Assembly (NCBI GenBank): GCA_950097015.1
Contig: CATNEN010000024.1
Location: 372,001 to 436,000 of the forward strand
From: Macrostomum hystrix
Taxonomy: Eukaryota; Animalia; Platyhelminthes
Direction of reading: 5' to 3'
DNA: 64,000 nt
This document shows, piece after piece, positions 61,201 through 64,000 of this stretch (position 1 is its first letter; each line of letters begins with the position of its first letter). A model generated the notes under the pieces. The model worked only from the letters and a program-made list of their open reading frames with translations, was not told the origin of the DNA and made no database searches. The translations under genes were made by a program, and so were the position numbers.

Positions 61201-63769
61201 CTTCCCTGGTTGAACATCCGTTCTAGACACCCACCTCACGACTTCACACTTCCCTGTTTGAACATCCGTTCTAGACACCCACCTCACTTTTGTTTGAACA
61301 TCCGTTCTAGACACCCACCTCACGACTTCACACCTTCCTGTTTGAAAATTCATTCTACGCACCCACCTCACGACTTCATAACTCCCTGTTTGAACACCCG
61401 TTCTAGACACCCACCTCACAACTTCACACCTCCCTGTTTGAACATCCGCTCTGGACACCCACCTCACGACTTTACAGCTTTTGTTTGAACATCCGTTCTA
61501 GACACCCACCTCACGACTTCACACCTCCGTGTTCGAAAATCAATTCTAGACATCCACCTCACAACTCCTCGTGACGTCAAACTTCTTGAACTAAAAAACC
61601 GAATGAGCTTATCCAAACCTGTACGGAAAAACGGCATCAGCCACGGCAGTTTTCGCGCTGTTCACTATGGCGCTGTAGAGCGGATAAGACGTGATAACTC
61701 TATTGCAACTCCCAATTGGACCCTGGGGTCCGATTTTGTAGGTGGCGCAGTGACCTCCAACACCACACACTGGCTGGCTGAGCACAGTTGGATAACACTC
61801 CGGAGCACGAGCCACCAGCTGTACACCTGAGCTGCCATTCAGGCGCCACAAGCCGTCAGCGCCGCAGATCACGCTGGTTCCGTTGGCCAACCAGCCAATC
61901 ACACCTGACCACAGGCTGAGGCCGGCCGAACAGTACAGACTGACGGTTTGGCTGAATTCGTAGGAGAACTGCTCAGATTGGCTGCTGGCCAGTTTCAGAT
62001 AGGGAAACTGCGGCGATGCGCTCAACCAGCAGGCTGTGAAGGGGTCGGATTGCGGGCTTTTGGAAATTTACTCATTCTGTTTTGCAATTATGATTTGTCC
62101 TAAAACACATAAGCACAGCCCAGATAGTTACTCATCTCAGGAATCTTCAAATGCAATGGGATTGGAATCCCATGGGATCCTCCAATCCTATGTGATTTTC
62201 CAATCCTACGAGCGTATGTAATTTCCAAATCATATGGGATTCCCCAATCCCATCGAACTCCCCTATCATATGGGATTCCCCAATCCCATCGAATTCCCCA
62301 ATCCTACGGGATTCCCAAATTTAGGGGATTTCCCAACGCCATGGGATTCCCCAACGATATGGGCTTCCCCAATGCTATGGGATTCCCAACGGGCTTCGAA
62401 TCTTAGCAAAACGGGAAGTCGTTTTTTTTCATTGAGTATGAGGTGCTGAATCCTCATAGTAGAATTTTGGGCGTAGAAAATCGAATAGCTGTACGCAGCC
62501 TTCGGATAAATCCAATCTAGAAATTTCCCATCCCGATGCTGAGAGCCTCACAGCTGGTCTGGTTGACAACGCAGACTCGGGCCTGGACCCTGGCTGAGCA
62601 GCTCAACAGCCGGTAGCGATCCCGGCCGGCTCCGACCCACGCCATCGGGCAGGTGTCGACGCTGAACACGGAGGCAGCCGGACTGGACGACATCAGGAGG
62701 CTGGACAGTTCAGCCAGCTCAGATCCGGCCGGGGCGAACTGCCCGCCGTCCGGCCAGAGCCACAGCTGGCCGAGAGCCTCATAAACGGCCAGGGGCACGG
62801 CGCTGACTCGCTGGGTGTTCGAGATACTCAGCAGCAGCCGGCGCAGTGGATCTTCGTCCGTCCAGTCGAAGCCGACAACGGAGTCAGAGCCGCCGCCGCC
62901 GCCGGTTGCGTCGAGGTCTAGCGACGGGGCGGCAAGTTGGCCGCCATGCGAACGACAGATTCCGATTGTCGTTAGCGGAGTTGGCGAGGCTGCATTCACG
63001 ATTATGTAGCTGCGGTTGGCAACACCTGCCATGTGGAGGAGGGTGGAGTGAAAGAAGTAGAGGGCGGAGGGGGAGACGGGGAGAGAGAGGGAGAGTAAGG
63101 AGAGATAGGAACGAGAGAGTGGGAGAGAGAAGAGAGAGAAGAGAGAGGGGAGAGAGGGAGAAAATAATGAGAGAGAGGAGAAAGAGGGCGAGAGAGAGGG
63201 AGAGAGGGGAGAGAGGAGAGAGGGAGAAAATGGGGAGACGGGGGAGAGGAGAGAGGCGGAGAGAGAGTAGTGGGGGACTGTGTTGGCGACAGAGCAGTGT
63301 GGAGTGAGCACTGGGTAGACAGTAGGGGGAGAGTGAGTAGGGGTGAGAGAGTAGTGGGGAGTGAGCAGTCGGGAGAGAGTAGTGGGGAGTGAGCAGTGGG
63401 GAGAGAGTAGTAGAGAGAGAGTAGTGGGTAAAAAGTGTGAGAAAGGGGAATTAGTGGGAGGCTCGCATTGGAATCGCGCAATAAGAGCAGGGGTGGCCCA
63501 GAATTACCAACAAGGCAGACAACGGGCTGCTCTTTCAATAGCGGCAGATCGCAGGCGGCGTACTGCAGTTTGGCATTGTTGCTGGGATCCGCCACCACGC
63601 AGTGAAATGTGTCCATGGCGTCGGACAGAGGCGGCAAAGCAATTGGTCCGCTGTAGGGGTGCCGCAGGCGGAGATTCGGCCTGGCTGTCGGGGGCGACTT
63701 CTTGAGGCCGAGCAGAGCGTGAGCGCTACGGATTCGCGTTGGGACAGCCAGGTGAGCGAGATAAAATAT
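52253..63769 (-). CDS. Extracellular multidomain protein of repeated sushi(CCP)-CTLD-CTLD modules; 5' end outside the window, 3' end uncertain
   Basis: Exons: 63769-63508, 63025-62550, 62033-61619, 60931-60696, 60266-59847, 58532-58103, 56968-56742, 56579-56130, 55808-55400, 54653-54438, 53479-53087, and possibly 52269-52253. Intron phases cycle 1,1,2. Sushi-like exons (e.g. VNLSCPTGYRLW...YTCLQSTNGDWFP...PAKC) and CTLD-like exons (VPLYEDALAGWQWPDG, HCAVL...VPC) recur. Confidence 0.7.
52275..53065. repeat. 30-bp minisatellite carrying AGCCAATCAC
   Basis: TTCTTCAGTCAGCCAATCACAAACCTCCAG; homogeneous to ~52745, then diverged. Confidence 0.95.
53498..54381. repeat. 30-bp intronic minisatellite, ~29 copies
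   Basis: ACTTTGATCACCCACCTCAGT(A/T)GACTGGCT. Confidence 0.97.
54745..55345. repeat. GA-rich intronic minisatellite
   Basis: GAAGAGCTGGGGAATAGAGA variants. Confidence 0.92.
55835..56095. repeat. 17-bp intronic minisatellite
   Basis: CAGGGTTCCTGAACCAT units. Confidence 0.95.
57010..58095. repeat. 16-17-bp G-rich intronic minisatellite
   Basis: GGGGACAGGCGGATAG units, with larger duplicated blocks. Confidence 0.96.
58595..59765. repeat. 23-bp intronic minisatellite, ~50 copies
   Basis: CTCACTCCGCATTCC followed by TTAGTTTC, TTGGCTAC or GTAGCTAC. Confidence 0.96.
60385..60680 (+). mobile_element. SINE family B copy with tRNA-like head
   Basis: Head GGGGTCACTGGCAAAGTGGTTAACGCG...GAGCTCGATTCC; the body is the reverse complement of 14535-14790. 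Confidence 0.75.
60970..61570. repeat. 48-bp intronic minisatellite, ~12 copies
   Basis: TTCTAGACACCCACCTCACGACTTCACACTTCCCTGTTTGAACATCCG. Confidence 0.93.
62130..62390. repeat. Degenerate short intronic minisatellite
   Basis: ATGGGATTCCCCAATCC-like units. Confidence 0.75.
63050..63430. repeat. GA-rich low-complexity intronic tract
   Basis: GAGAGAGGG / GTAGTGGGGAGT repeats. Confidence 0.85.
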
Positions 63770-63879
63770 CTACCAACTTGTTTATGAACCCCTGAAAGCC
63801 GTATCAGAACTGAAGTCGATATCTGATTGTGTGCATTGGTCGAATTATTATCAAAATCTCGATCGAGTTCAGAATCGAA

Positions 63880-64000
63880 TCAAACGAGAATCGAAGCAAA
63901 CCAGAATCGAAGCAAACCAGAATCGAAGCAAACCAGAATCGAAGCAAACCAGAATCGAAGCAAACCAGAATCGAAGCAAACCAGAATCGAAGCAAAATAG
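63880..64000. repeat. 16-bp minisatellite running off the window
   Basis: AAACCAGAATCGAAGC units. Confidence 0.95.

Overview
Eukaryotic, intron-containing animal DNA. GC-rich exons, minisatellite-filled introns and tRNA-derived SINEs suggest a free-living flatworm such as Macrostomum; this is inferred from sequence style and not verified. I reconstructed nine spliced genes by hand: an ankyrin-repeat plus Mab-21/cGAS-like receptor (cGLR) locus, enolase, CFAP57 (minus strand), five co-oriented housekeeping genes (MRPS26, PMPCA, FHIP1/FAM160A, RECQL5, GTPBP4/NOG1), and a 5'-incomplete minus-strand gene built from a repeated three-exon sushi/C-type-lectin module. Intergenic DNA holds a layered set of transposons: a 5'-truncated RNase H-type LINE, a TA-flanked IS630/Tc1-like element containing the 3' end of a Gypsy LTR element, a Crypton-like fragment, a hAT MITE inside the TIR of a Merlin remnant (both TSDs intact), a long-TIR IS630-like deletion derivative, and two SINE families, one with a CORE-like domain. 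About 20 unrelated minisatellites occur, often one per intron. The best leads are the ankyrin-cGLR, a possible SL-trans-spliced operon, tandem AG|GTAAG recursive-splice-like motifs in a NOG1 intron, inverted minisatellite arms bracketing PMPCA exon 1, and the sushi-CTLD-CTLD repeat protein. No rRNA, genuine tRNA or CRISPR array is supported. All coordinates and alignments were done by eye.
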